64,000 nt of DNA from an uncultured Bacteroidales bacterium (GTDB lineage Bacteria > Bacillota_I > Bacilli_A > RFN20 > CAG-826), in the NCBI GenBank assembly GCA_963650805.1, contig CAVJMG010000001.1:334554-398553 (forward strand), given 5' to 3'. The translations under genes were made by a program, and so were the position numbers. The notes beneath the pieces were generated by a model. The model was not told the DNA's origin. It did no database searches and saw only the letters and a program-made list of their open reading frames with translations. Positions 40,056-49,258 of this stretch are shown piece after piece. Numbering within the stretch: the stretch's first letter is position 1; every line of letters begins with the position of its first letter.

Positions 40056-41381
40056 TTAGTTTCGCAGCAAGGCCAGAGGAACGACATAAACCCCATCCTC
40101 ACGTCGATAGGCGAATTTGCCCTTGGTAACAACCATCAAAAAGGCCGGGCTCTCTTTTTCTTGTTTTATGTCTTGGGAGAGTTTGACGAGCTTTTCGCAA
40201 GCTAGGTTTATGTCTTCTTCGTCCCCGAGCTTAATTTCAATTAACGCCCATTCCCCATCGTTGAATACGATGACGGCATCCGCTTCCCGGTCGTAGGAAT
40301 CCCTATAATGGTATATTTTGGCGCCTATGGAATCGGCGTAGACACGCAGGTCGCGAATGGCCAAAGACTCAAACAAGAAGCCGAATGTCCTCATGTCACG
40401 GAAAAGCGAATCCGGGGTTAGCCCCAGACAAGCCGTCGCAATCGAAGGATCGACGAAATAATGGGTGGGCTTGCTTCTGACCGCGGATTTGCTGCGAAGG
40501 TTGGTGTTCCATGCCTCCATTTCCTCAATAACGTAAAGCTTCCGCAAAGACAAAAGATATTTGGAGAAGGTCTCTCCGTCGATGGAGCAATATTCAGAAA
40601 GGTCCTTAAGGAGTTCCTTCTCCGCCGATTGTCCCCCGATGTGACGGGAATAGGAGCGCATAACCGCACGGGATTTCTGGGAATCCTGACGCAGAGGAAC
40701 GCTCTTTAACGAAAAAACGTCATCTTCGACCAGGCCCTCGTAGAAGTCGATTGCCTGTTGCAAAGCAACGGAGGAGTCTTCGCCAACGGATGTCGGCCAT
40801 CCGCCGCGACAAATATAAGAAGCATAATCTTCAATCGTCGCTTTCGAGATCGATGGGGTGAATGTCCCCGCCTTCAAGCCCGCAAGCGAGACCGTGCCTA
40901 GACTATCCCGGCTCTCAAAAAGCGACATTGTGCGCATTCTTTTGCGCACGATTCTCCCGGTCCCCGTATGCGTTTCATCCGCGCCGTCGCCCTTATTCGC
41001 GTCCAAGGCGTCGGTGACGCTCCCGGTCAAAATATATTGGCCGAATTCATCGTTTTCATCGATCGCGCTTTTTAGATCATCCCAAATGAAGGAGACAATC
41101 TGCCATTCGTCGATAAGGATGGGTTTTGGCCCGTAATTGAGAAAGTGCTGAATCGCGTTTTTGGCGAGCGCGACATATTCCTTGCGCGTTGAGCGAGGAA
41201 GCATGTTGATGGTTGTCGCCGCAAAACGCTCCGCGGTTCTAGATTTGCCACACCACTTAGGCCCCACAACCAAAACTGCCCCTTTGCTTTTAAGGGCAAA
41301 CTCCAATGTTTGGTCAAACAAGCGAGGGATATAGTCTTTTTTCATACATATGATTTTATGTGTGTCTATCAATGTTTTCAA
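40056..41381 (-). CDS. AAA+ ATPase with C-terminal DUF4143
   Basis: Walker A VLVVGPKWCGKSRTAE. 441 aa. Close paralogue of 50946..52226. Confidence 0.8.
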   Translation of the reverse strand: MKTLIDTHKIICMKKDYIPRLFDQTLEFALKSKGAVLVVGPKWCGKSRTAERFAATTINMLPRSTRKEYVALAKNAIQHFLNYGPKPILIDEWQIVSFIWDDLKSAIDENDEFGQYILTGSVTDALDANKGDGADETHTGTGRIVRKRMRTMSLFESRDSLGTVSLAGLKAGTFTPSISKATIEDYASYICRGGWPTSVGEDSSVALQQAIDFYEGLVEDDVFSLKSVPLRQDSQKSRAVMRSYSRHIGGQSAEKELLKDLSEYCSIDGETFSKYLLSLRKLYVIEEMEAWNTNLRSKSAVRSKPTHYFVDPSIATACLGLTPDSLFRDMRTFGFLFESLAIRDLRVYADSIGAKIYHYRDSYDREADAVIVFNDGEWALIEIKLGDEEDINLACEKLVKLSQDIKQEKESPAFLMVVTKGKFAYRREDGVYVVPLALLRN

Positions 41382-41394
41382 TGTTAAATCCTTC

Positions 41395-41457
41395 GTTTGT
41401 AGGTTTTTAAATCATTTGTTTGTAGGTTTTTAAATCCGATGTTTGTAGGATTTGCAG
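41395..41457. repeat. Two perfect copies plus one degenerate copy of gtttgtaggtttttaaatc at a 23-bp period
   Basis: Read directly, immediately upstream of the ATPase start. Confidence 0.8.
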
Positions 41458-41844
41458 GCATTAAATCGAAACTAAAGCCGCCCAAAAAGGGATGCTGAAA
41501 CGCATCAACGAGGATCGAACTAGGCTTCCAAGAATGTCTACTTTCCCCTCATGTTCTTGATTAATAATGGGTTATAGCCTTCCGCTCGATAGCCCAACGG
41601 AAAAGGTCCGTAAATCCTACATAAAACAACATTTGTCGCCGCTGTTGGAAGTTTAAGACAAAATGTTGCGTTTTCAACGTTGATTCCCAACACATTGACG
41701 CGGTGGGATTTTTCTAGGTGTCTATCCTTATTAAATAGAGGCCGAAAGAAAATCGGGCATTAAAATTAACCTTTGACAACCTAAAGGCTAATAGCCTAGT
41801 CTTATGTTTGATAACCAAAATTTTCCGCCTAACGGAGACAAATT

Positions 41845-42789
41845 ATGGAAAACACAGAACCTAAAATCCTATGCCGCTTGATCGCAGGAAAAGAGGCCGC
41901 CTCGCCTTTTGCAGAGGAAGCCCTCGCCTTTTTCCAAGAGGGAATGAGGCCTTTCTGCCACCAGTATTTCGCGGGGCTCATCCCCAACGCGAAGAAGGAA
42001 GAGATTGAAAGCGCGGCCTACGAGGCCTTCAAGAAGCTCGGGGAAACCTATTTGGGGCTCCGCAAAAAGGATTTTGACGCGTATGTCGAAGAGCATAAGG
42101 AAGAACATGATTCTGCTTTAAGCTCTTCTTTTTTCGCCTCATTCGAGGATCCTGAGCTCGCCTATAGGCTCTCGCTTCTTTCTGCCAACTACACCCTCTA
42201 TACCCGCATGGGAGACCAAGCTTTGATCGTGGACCTCGAATCCAATGTCCCCCTCTCCTATATAAAGGAGGAAGAGCCTATTGTCCTCCCCGAAGAAAAA
42301 GAAGAGGAGCCGGTTAAAGAAGAAGAACCCAAAGAAGAACCTCAGGAAGAGCCCAAGGAAGAGGGACCCGAGGAGGCTGAAGAAAGCGAGGAAGAGGCCG
42401 AAGAGGAGGAAAACCCCTTCGCTAACATCAAACGCCGCACCTTCTCCGAGAAGCTCAAGAAAGCCTCCCCTGAACTCAGGAAGAACTACAAAGCCATCAA
42501 GCAGGCGGCCATCGACTGCAAGCTTAAGGGTCGCGTCTCCAAAGCCGCGGACACCTATCACCTCGGCAGGAAGACCTATCTCAAAATCACCATCGCGGGC
42601 AAAACGCTCAAATGCTATTTCGCCGTCGACGCGAAGAACTACGCCGATACGGCGATCCCCTTGGAAGTCTCCGACAAGAAGGCTTATCAAGACACCCCCA
42701 CTTTGCTCCGCGTGAAGAGCTCCTTAGCTGTTAGGCGCGCGATCTCCATCATCTCCGACATGACCGCCGAGCCGAAGGAGAACGAATGA
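41845..42789 (+). CDS. Hypothetical cytoplasmic protein with a central acidic (E/P/K-rich) low-complexity linker; first gene of the TasA/SipW operon
   Basis: RBS ggagacaaattATG. No signal peptide. …EEEPVKEEEPKEEPQEEPKEEGPEEAEESEEEAEEEE…. 4-nt overlap with the next gene. Confidence 0.6.
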   Translation: MENTEPKILCRLIAGKEAASPFAEEALAFFQEGMRPFCHQYFAGLIPNAKKEEIESAAYEAFKKLGETYLGLRKKDFDAYVEEHKEEHDSALSSSFFASFEDPELAYRLSLLSANYTLYTRMGDQALIVDLESNVPLSYIKEEEPIVLPEEKEEEPVKEEEPKEEPQEEPKEEGPEEAEESEEEAEEEENPFANIKRRTFSEKLKKASPELRKNYKAIKQAAIDCKLKGRVSKAADTYHLGRKTYLKITIAGKTLKCYFAVDAKNYADTAIPLEVSDKKAYQDTPTLLRVKSSLAVRRAISIISDMTAEPKENE

Positions 42790-43289
42790 TCAAGAAAGGC
42801 GTTATCATAACCCTTTTCGCCCTGTCCGGGGTCGTTTTAGGCGCAACCGCCGCCATACCCGTTTGCTATGCCTTAAACGAGCAGTATCAAAACGTCGCCT
42901 CCTCGCAAAGTGACGGAAACGTCATGGTCAAGGACGAAGAGGTCCACCTCTCCACCGACGAGAACCCCCTGTTCCCCGGAGATAAGAGAACGCTGACGAT
43001 CGATCTCAAGCAAACGATTGAGAAGAGCAACAAAGTCAGCGTCTACTTCGATAAGTACTCAGGGCAGGGTTACGAATACCTCTCGCTGTCCATCAAAGAC
43101 GAGGAGCAGACCTATATGCCTGATGCCCTCATCGAAAGCGCGACGAGCGAGTCCCCTTGGGAATTCTCCATGAAGGTAGGCAAGCAAAGCGGCCTGAGCT
43201 TCGTCTACACCTTAAGCAAAGACGTCCCAAGCACTTACGAGGACCTCGCCTTCTCGTTCACGATGCATCTAAGGGTCAATTGGAGATAA
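42786..43289 (+). CDS. Membrane-anchored or secreted accessory protein (possible TapA-like partner)
   Basis: N-terminal MIKKGVIITLFALSGVVLGATAAIPVCYALNEQ hydrophobic segment with a SipW-cognate-like …YALN… motif. About 140-aa extracytoplasmic domain. Confidence 0.5.
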   Translation: MIKKGVIITLFALSGVVLGATAAIPVCYALNEQYQNVASSQSDGNVMVKDEEVHLSTDENPLFPGDKRTLTIDLKQTIEKSNKVSVYFDKYSGQGYEYLSLSIKDEEQTYMPDALIESATSESPWEFSMKVGKQSGLSFVYTLSKDVPSTYEDLAFSFTMHLRVNWR

Positions 43290-43302
43290 AGGAGAAACAC
43301 TC

Positions 43303-43575
43303 ATGCTCGTATTAATCATCTGCATCTGCGTCTTAGGCTTAGCGGTGTCGGGGTATCTGACCTACGCCGGCATCGACTCGCTCATCAAAAACAAAAATGA
43401 GCCAAAGCCGGTGACGATGACGCCAAAACCCAGTTTATATCGAGTGAGGGCATACCCATTCGTTTATAAAGGAGAAGACAGCCAAAAGCCCGAAGGTCTC
43501 TTCTCCGCTTCCATCCTTCACAAAGACGAGGGGAAGCAAAAAGAAACCGAAGAGGGCTTAGAAGAAAGGAGGTAA
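43303..43575 (+). CDS. Small membrane protein (one N-terminal transmembrane helix)
   Basis: MLVLIICICVLGLAVSGYLTYAG…. Tightly packed between operon genes. Confidence 0.4.
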   Translation: MLVLIICICVLGLAVSGYLTYAGIDSLIKNKNEPKPVTMTPKPSLYRVRAYPFVYKGEDSQKPEGLFSASILHKDEGKQKETEEGLEERR

Positions 43576-43578
43576 CAA

Positions 43579-44202
43579 ATGAAAAGCACGCACATCAAAG
43601 CATTGCTCATCGCTTCAGGCGTTGCCGCGCTAGCTTTAGGCGGAACAGTCGCAGGAACGTTCGCCTTGTTCCAAAGGAACACCCAAGTGGTGACCCACGT
43701 CAAGGTCGGGAACCTCAACTTCAAGTTCAGCCGCACCAACCTCAAGTACAAAGCGCTCAGCGATAGCACGGGCTACCTCGAAGAGAAGGAAGACAAGACC
43801 GTCGTCGACTTAAGCGAAGACGGATCGAAGGCCTTCGATCTCGCTAGCTTAGCCCCGGGCAGCGAAGTGGCGTCCACCTTCGAGCTCGAGAACATCGGGG
43901 GAACCGCCTTCAAGACGAGCCTCGACCTTCTTAACGTCGAGATCAAGAAGGATGGGGTGACCGCGACCTCGGTCGATTGGCTCCAGTACGTTTCCGTCTC
44001 CTTGATCGAAGGGGAGAAGAAAACAGACTTCACCTTAAAAGACCTCAAGACAGTCAGCCTAATCGATTTGCCGAAGGGGCAGAAGACAAACTTCGTCATG
44101 AAGCTGTCCTTCGACGCCGAGCACATCGAAAACGAAGCGCAGGACCATGACCTCAGCTTCGCGATAAGGCTCAGCTGCACCCAACTCTTAACCCAAGCCT
44201 AA
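43579..44202 (+). CDS. TasA/camelysin-family secreted protein with a SipW-cognate signal peptide (paralogue 1)
   Basis: …ALALGGTVAGTFALFQRNT…, then …LAPGSEVASTFELENIGGTA…, which parallels TasA (GTWAAF…, NLKPGDKLTKDFQFENNGSL). RBS ggaggtaacaaATG. Confidence 0.75.
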   Translation: MKSTHIKALLIASGVAALALGGTVAGTFALFQRNTQVVTHVKVGNLNFKFSRTNLKYKALSDSTGYLEEKEDKTVVDLSEDGSKAFDLASLAPGSEVASTFELENIGGTAFKTSLDLLNVEIKKDGVTATSVDWLQYVSVSLIEGEKKTDFTLKDLKTVSLIDLPKGQKTNFVMKLSFDAEHIENEAQDHDLSFAIRLSCTQLLTQA

Positions 44203-44214
44203 TCGGAGCAAACC

Positions 44215-44775
44215 ATGAAAAAGAACAAAGTCTTAATGGCCTCCACCATCGTCGCCTTATTGGCCGCCAGCGGAGCGGTCGCCGGAAGCTACGCCTACTT
44301 CAGCGCTTCCAAAGACGCCCCCGCCACGGTCAAGATGGCCAAAGTCGACCTCGAGGTCTCCATCAAAGAAAATTCCCTAGAGCTCTACTCCATGGACAAG
44401 AAGCAAGAGGGAAGCAAATTCGAAAACGGCGGAGAAGCCAAATTCACCACGATCACCCTTAATGGAACGTCGGTGAAAGCATTGTCCCTAGACCGCGTAT
44501 CCCCCGGGGATGCGGTGAAATTCAATTTGGGGATAAACAACCTCTCCAACATCGCCGTCGCCTACAAAATCAGCATCGCCTTAGCCGACGCCACGGAAGA
44601 TTGCCCCTTCACCCTCACCGGGGAAGTGGCCGATTGGCAGAAGATCGCCGCCGCGGAAGCAATTCCCGACAAGCCCGTCTCCATATCCTTCCCCAAGGAA
44701 AAGGAGAACGAGTATCAGGATAAATCCTATACCATCCTGATCAACGTCAACGCGATCCAGGCTAACGCCGTCTGA
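44215..44775 (+). CDS. TasA/camelysin-family secreted protein (paralogue 2)
   Basis: …LLAASGAVAGSYAYFSAS… and …VSPGDAVKFNLGINNLSNIA…. C-terminal …AIQANA motif shared with the other paralogues. Confidence 0.75.
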   Translation: MKKNKVLMASTIVALLAASGAVAGSYAYFSASKDAPATVKMAKVDLEVSIKENSLELYSMDKKQEGSKFENGGEAKFTTITLNGTSVKALSLDRVSPGDAVKFNLGINNLSNIAVAYKISIALADATEDCPFTLTGEVADWQKIAAAEAIPDKPVSISFPKEKENEYQDKSYTILINVNAIQANAV

Positions 44776-44801
44776 TTCGAAAATCCTTAGAAAGGTAAAA
44801 T

Positions 44802-46199
44802 ATGAAACTTACAAAAAAAATCACGAAAACCCTGATCCTCTCCGGCGCGACAGCCCTTGCCTTCGGCACCGTTGCAGCGGGCACCACCTACGCTTTATTC
44901 ACCTCCAACGCGGAGAGTGAAGTCGTCGTCACCTCCGGTAAGGTCAGCGTGACTTCCGAAATCAAGGTCAAAGAGAAGTATCGCCCCGCTTTGATCAGCC
45001 AAGAAGAAGGGAACGAGATCGTTGAATCCAGCAACATCGCCGAAACCTCCGACCTCGAAGTCAGCGTCGAAAACAACAACGTCAAAATCGCCAAGATGCT
45101 CCCTGGCGACAAAGTGACCCTCACCGTCACCCCGAAGAACGAGAGCAACGTGAAGATCAAATATCGCGAAACCTATTCCTTCATCGGAGACGTCGCTAGC
45201 GACCTCAAAATCACCGGCGACGAAAAGATGGTCAAGCTTTGGACCGAACTCGGCGTCGGAGAAGCCATCGAGGCTTATGACATCGTCGTTGAGCTCCCCA
45301 CCACCGCCGTGGGCGAAATCGAAGAAACCACCATTAAACTAGGCATCGAAGCCGTCCAGGGCAACGCCCAAGTGGTTGACGAAGTCGTCAAAACGGAAAA
45401 AGAGCTTCAAGACGCAATCGACGCTCTGAAAACTTCCACCGACAAAAACCTCAGCGTCACCCTCTCCGAGGACCTTGCCCTAACCGCTCCCTTGGAAGTC
45501 AACGGGAACGTCACCATTTACGGAACCACCAAAGAAGATGGTAGCAAGACCAAAATCACCGCCCCTTCTGATGGCGCTGAGAATCAGCGCAGCATAACCG
45601 TTAACGACAACACCGATCCGGTCTCCTTGACTCTTGTTGGCATCGATGTCGAGGGGCCGACCACAGGCTCTGAAACTCGCGGCATATCGCTCGCAGCGAA
45701 CAAAGACCTCACCCTCATCATGGACGATTGCAGCATCTCAACGAATTACTATGCGCTGAATCTTGCGTCTGGAAACGAAAAAGCCAACATTTACATCCGC
45801 AACAGCACCTTAAAGGGTTGGGCCGCCGTGAACGTATGGTCACCAAACAACATCAGCAAAGCGGTTTTCGAAAACTGCACCCTGATTGGTGATAGCATCT
45901 CAAGGGAGGTCTTCCCCACCATCAGCTTGTACGAATGTGATAACAGCGAATTCACTTTCAAAGGCTGCACTATCAAAGCAAACGAACTTGGAACCAGCAA
46001 AGACGACATCAAACAGTTATTCTTCTACAGCGACGCAAAAAACAGCAAAGTCACTTTCAGTGATTGCAGTTTCTACAAAACATTCACAGATATCGGAGAA
46101 ATTCAATTATCAGGCTCCGAAGCTGCAAGTTTGATGTACGCGTCCGAATCCAGTTCTACGACAATCATCGACGGCGTTTCCTACGTTTACGAAGATTAA
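44802..46199 (+). CDS. TasA-like N-terminal domain fused to a C-terminal parallel β-helix-like passenger domain (paralogue 3)
   Basis: AAGTTYALFTSNAES signal and …MLPGDKVTLTVTPKNESNV…. The C-terminal 270 aa have repeated N/D/G-C-T/S-I/L/F turns (NCTLIGD, GCTIKAN, DCSFYK). Confidence 0.7.
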   Translation: MKLTKKITKTLILSGATALAFGTVAAGTTYALFTSNAESEVVVTSGKVSVTSEIKVKEKYRPALISQEEGNEIVESSNIAETSDLEVSVENNNVKIAKMLPGDKVTLTVTPKNESNVKIKYRETYSFIGDVASDLKITGDEKMVKLWTELGVGEAIEAYDIVVELPTTAVGEIEETTIKLGIEAVQGNAQVVDEVVKTEKELQDAIDALKTSTDKNLSVTLSEDLALTAPLEVNGNVTIYGTTKEDGSKTKITAPSDGAENQRSITVNDNTDPVSLTLVGIDVEGPTTGSETRGISLAANKDLTLIMDDCSISTNYYALNLASGNEKANIYIRNSTLKGWAAVNVWSPNNISKAVFENCTLIGDSISREVFPTISLYECDNSEFTFKGCTIKANELGTSKDDIKQLFFYSDAKNSKVTFSDCSFYKTFTDIGEIQLSGSEAASLMYASESSSTTIIDGVSYVYED

Positions 46200-46227
46200 A
46201 TAGCCGCTAGGCTAAAAAGGAGTTTCT

Positions 46228-48426
46228 ATGAAACTTACAAAAAAAATGACGAAAGGACTGATCCTCTCCGCTTCCGCGGCCCTGGCATTCGGGGCCGTGG
46301 CGGCCGGGACGACCTATGCCTTATTCACCTCTAACGCGGAGAATTCCGTGAGCGTCAGCTCCGGTAAGATCTCCTTGAAAAGCGAAATCCTCAATCTCAA
46401 GCTCTATTCCTTAAGCGAAGAGACTGGCGAGATCGTTCCTCTTGAAAGCGAAGATACCTTCACCCTTGGAGGCACCGCGACTATTGATGGAACCACCCTC
46501 AAGCTCGACAAAGTCGTTCCTGGCGACAAAGTCGAATTCGAGATCAAGGTCACCAACGAGTCCAACGTCGACATCAAGTTCCGCGAAGTGTTCAAGACCG
46601 TCAAAGATACCGGCCTTGGCAGCGGGCTTGAATACACGATCGACGAAGAGACCTACGATGGCGGAACCATCATCACCGACTATGAGCTTTGGGAAGCCAA
46701 GGCTGCGGAGCAAGAAAAGACCGTCAAGGTCTCCATCGCTCTCCCCAAGAGCGCCGAGAACATCTATCAGGAGAAATCCTGCGAGCTCTCCTTCAATTTC
46801 GAGGCCATCCAGAAGAACGCGAAGACGGAAGACGTCGATTCTACCGTTTATCAGATCTACACGCCGACCGATTTAAGCGCCTTCGCTAATAAGGTCAGCG
46901 CCGGAACCTTCACCTGCGATAAGGTCATCTTGATGGATGACATCGATATGGATGGACTTAGCTACATGTCACCGATGTACGCTAGGGAAAATACCGCTAT
47001 CGAATTCGATGGAAACGGCAAAACCATCAAGAACCTCGTCGCTCTCGAAAACAGCGATAAATCCGGCAACCGCGGAGCTGGCTTATTCGGAAAAGTGGGA
47101 CACGGAAGCCTAAACATCCATAATCTCAATATGGAGAACGTCACCGTTTCCGGCAGCTTCACCGTCGAGGGCGATCAGCACTTAGGCGGAGGGGCTATCG
47201 TCGGAACGAGTGACAGCGGCGTAAGCGCCATTGACATCACCAACGTTTCGGTCACTGGCGTTAGCGTCAAAGGCGTTAAGTACGCCGGCGGAATCGTTGG
47301 ATACAGCTCCATTGGCGGAACAGATACGATTAAAAACGTGACCGTCAAAGATGCTGAAATTTCCGGTTACACAGCCGGTGGCGTCATCGGCCAAGTCGGC
47401 GGCGGAAAAGCCGTCATCAATGGAGTCGAAGGCAGCGGCATCGTTGTTGATGGATATAAGAGAGAGGGCGGAATGGTTGGTGCAAATTCCGGTACAAGTC
47501 TCACCATCACCTACGACGAAGCCGAATACTCCTCCTCCATTTCCGGAGAGGCCTTTGGCAACAGAGGAACCATCGTCGGGCTCACCGGGGACACCACCGT
47601 CAACGGCAATCAATACCACACCGCTATCAGCACCGATCAAGTCAAAGGGATTAAGGCCGCTTCGGACAAGCTCAACATCGTCGAAATCTTTGAAGGCACG
47701 TACTCCTTCGGTGGAGCAACTAACCTCCAAAGCGTCAAAGGCGGCGTTGAAGTCCGCGGCATTGGCGACAAAACCAAGATCAAATGGATGCAAGCTGGCG
47801 GAACAGATGTGGGATATGGGTTCTCCGGCACGAATCTGACGATGAAAAACGTCAGCGTCGGAACCGAAGTCACCGGCAACTATCTCGGTTTCCCCGGCGC
47901 CGCTTCCGTTTCGTTCGAAGACTGCGTCTTCAATGTCACCAAAGCCAACGAATCCTTCCGTTACTGGGGCGATGGGGCCGTCAACTTCAAAAATTGCAAG
48001 TTCGATAGCACCAAAGCCGAAGACAGCAACATGTTCACCTACGGCGGCAAGAGCTTCTACTTCGAAGGCTGCGAATTCATCAGCGACGAAGCCGCGATCA
48101 AGCTATATAGAAACGCTAGTCTGACCGACAGCGTCGAAGTGCCCGTCACCATCACCGGCTGCACGTTCAAAAACGTTCATGAAGGCACATGGAGCGATAG
48201 CGATCTGCCGAAGAGGACCGTCCTCAGCATCGATACCGATAATGCCGCCGATAAGACCCACTACAAGGTCACGATGACCAATTCTAGCTACAGCGGCAAC
48301 TACTCCGACGGCATCCTCGCCGACAGGAAAGGCTTGTTTGGAGTCAGGCAACAGGACAAAGTCAAGAAGAGCCTAATCACCTTCACCCTTGACGGAACCA
48401 CGCTCGACTTGGGCCTACCTGAGTAA
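46228..48426 (+). CDS. TasA-like N-terminal domain + GLUG-motif repeat region + β-helix-like C-terminal domain (paralogue 4, 732 aa)
   Basis: The N-terminus is near-identical to paralogue 3. The mid-region has repeated AGGIVGYS, GGVIGQVGGG and GGMVGANSG units (GLUG-type). The C-terminus has DCVFNV, NCKFDS, GCEFIS and GCTFKN turns. Confidence 0.7.
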   Translation: MKLTKKMTKGLILSASAALAFGAVAAGTTYALFTSNAENSVSVSSGKISLKSEILNLKLYSLSEETGEIVPLESEDTFTLGGTATIDGTTLKLDKVVPGDKVEFEIKVTNESNVDIKFREVFKTVKDTGLGSGLEYTIDEETYDGGTIITDYELWEAKAAEQEKTVKVSIALPKSAENIYQEKSCELSFNFEAIQKNAKTEDVDSTVYQIYTPTDLSAFANKVSAGTFTCDKVILMDDIDMDGLSYMSPMYARENTAIEFDGNGKTIKNLVALENSDKSGNRGAGLFGKVGHGSLNIHNLNMENVTVSGSFTVEGDQHLGGGAIVGTSDSGVSAIDITNVSVTGVSVKGVKYAGGIVGYSSIGGTDTIKNVTVKDAEISGYTAGGVIGQVGGGKAVINGVEGSGIVVDGYKREGGMVGANSGTSLTITYDEAEYSSSISGEAFGNRGTIVGLTGDTTVNGNQYHTAISTDQVKGIKAASDKLNIVEIFEGTYSFGGATNLQSVKGGVEVRGIGDKTKIKWMQAGGTDVGYGFSGTNLTMKNVSVGTEVTGNYLGFPGAASVSFEDCVFNVTKANESFRYWGDGAVNFKNCKFDSTKAEDSNMFTYGGKSFYFEGCEFISDEAAIKLYRNASLTDSVEVPVTITGCTFKNVHEGTWSDSDLPKRTVLSIDTDNAADKTHYKVTMTNSSYSGNYSDGILADRKGLFGVRQQDKVKKSLITFTLDGTTLDLGLPE

Positions 48427-48446
48427 TCTAAACTCTACATCTTAGA

Positions 48447-48482
48447 CACAGGGGGCTATAATAAAGTCCCCCTGTGTTTTCT
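48447..48482 (+). terminator. Stem-loop (10-bp stem acacaggggg/ccccctgtgt) plus T-tract between the structural genes and sipW; possible partial terminator or attenuator
   Basis: acacagggggctataataaagtccccctgtgttttct read directly. Confidence 0.4.
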
Positions 48483-48486
48483 AACT

Positions 48487-49239
48487 ATGGAACAAGACAA
48501 AGAAGCAAATAGCAACAAAGGCAAAAGAAAAGTAGCCAAAATCATTGGAAACTCCGTTTTCTACACCATTCTTGGCCTGCTTACCGTTTTCGCCGCATTT
48601 TCGATTACCTCTAGGATTACCGGAGGTAGGATTGGCGATAGCCAGTATCTTGTCGTCATCTCCGGATCAATGGATGGCGAAAGGCAAGAAGAATATCCCA
48701 TCAAGACCATTCCGGTGAAATCCCTCATCAAGGTGGATTTGATCAAAGACGGCGAAGAGAAGGAATTCTATTCTTCCCTTAAGAAGGGGGACGTTTTGAC
48801 GTTTAACTACGCTTCTTTGAATAACGTGACCATCACCCACAGAATCATCGAGGATCCGTTGCTATTAAGCGATGGAACCACCTATCAAATTAAACTCAAA
48901 GGGGACGCGGTCGAGGGGAATGAGATTCAAACCCTTTATAGCGATGGCAGAACCGGAGAGGTCATCGGCAAAGTCTCCTTCGTGTCCTTGCCCTTAGGAC
49001 AGATGTACTTCTTCATGTCGAGCAAGATGGGAACCCTGGTATTGGTAATCCTCCCCTGCAGCGCGGTCTGCATCTACGAGATCGCCAAAATCGTTTACAT
49101 CCTCTCAGAGAACAAACGGAAAAAGAAGGAAGAGGCCGCTCAGGCAGTCACTTCAAGCAAGGACAAAGAGATCGAGGAGCTCAAAGCCAAGCTCGAGGCG
49201 ATGCAAAAGCAAAGCCAAGAAGAAAAGAAAGAGGAGTGA
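48487..49239 (+). CDS. sipW: Signal peptidase I of the SipW (archaeal/ER, S26B) type, with a charged coiled-coil C-terminal tail
   Basis: VVISGSMDGE (catalytic Ser box) and GDVLTFNYASLNNVTITHRIIEDP (His box), compared with B. subtilis SipW SGSMEP / …VTHRIV…. N- and C-terminal transmembrane helices. The tail is …KRKKKEEAAQAVTSSKDKEIEELKAKLEAMQKQSQEEKKEE. Confidence 0.8.
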   Translation: MEQDKEANSNKGKRKVAKIIGNSVFYTILGLLTVFAAFSITSRITGGRIGDSQYLVVISGSMDGERQEEYPIKTIPVKSLIKVDLIKDGEEKEFYSSLKKGDVLTFNYASLNNVTITHRIIEDPLLLSDGTTYQIKLKGDAVEGNEIQTLYSDGRTGEVIGKVSFVSLPLGQMYFFMSSKMGTLVLVILPCSAVCIYEIAKIVYILSENKRKKKEEAAQAVTSSKDKEIEELKAKLEAMQKQSQEEKKEE

Positions 49240-49258
49240 CATAAGGCCATATCCTCAT

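Noticed and set aside
42139-42715. Antisense or alternate-frame ORFs (42139..42690 −, 42281..42715 +, 41869..42108 −) inside the acidic-linker gene
   Set aside because: They are produced by the GAA/GAG-rich repeat tract. Their translations are poly-F/L or poly-K/R/P with no start context.
46404-48351. Several antisense or alternate-frame ORFs inside the 732-aa TasA–GLUG gene (e.g. 47182..47793 −, 47351..47839 +)
   Set aside because: They mirror the Gly/Ala/Val-rich codon repeats of the GLUG region. They have no RBS and overlap the strongly supported plus-strand gene.
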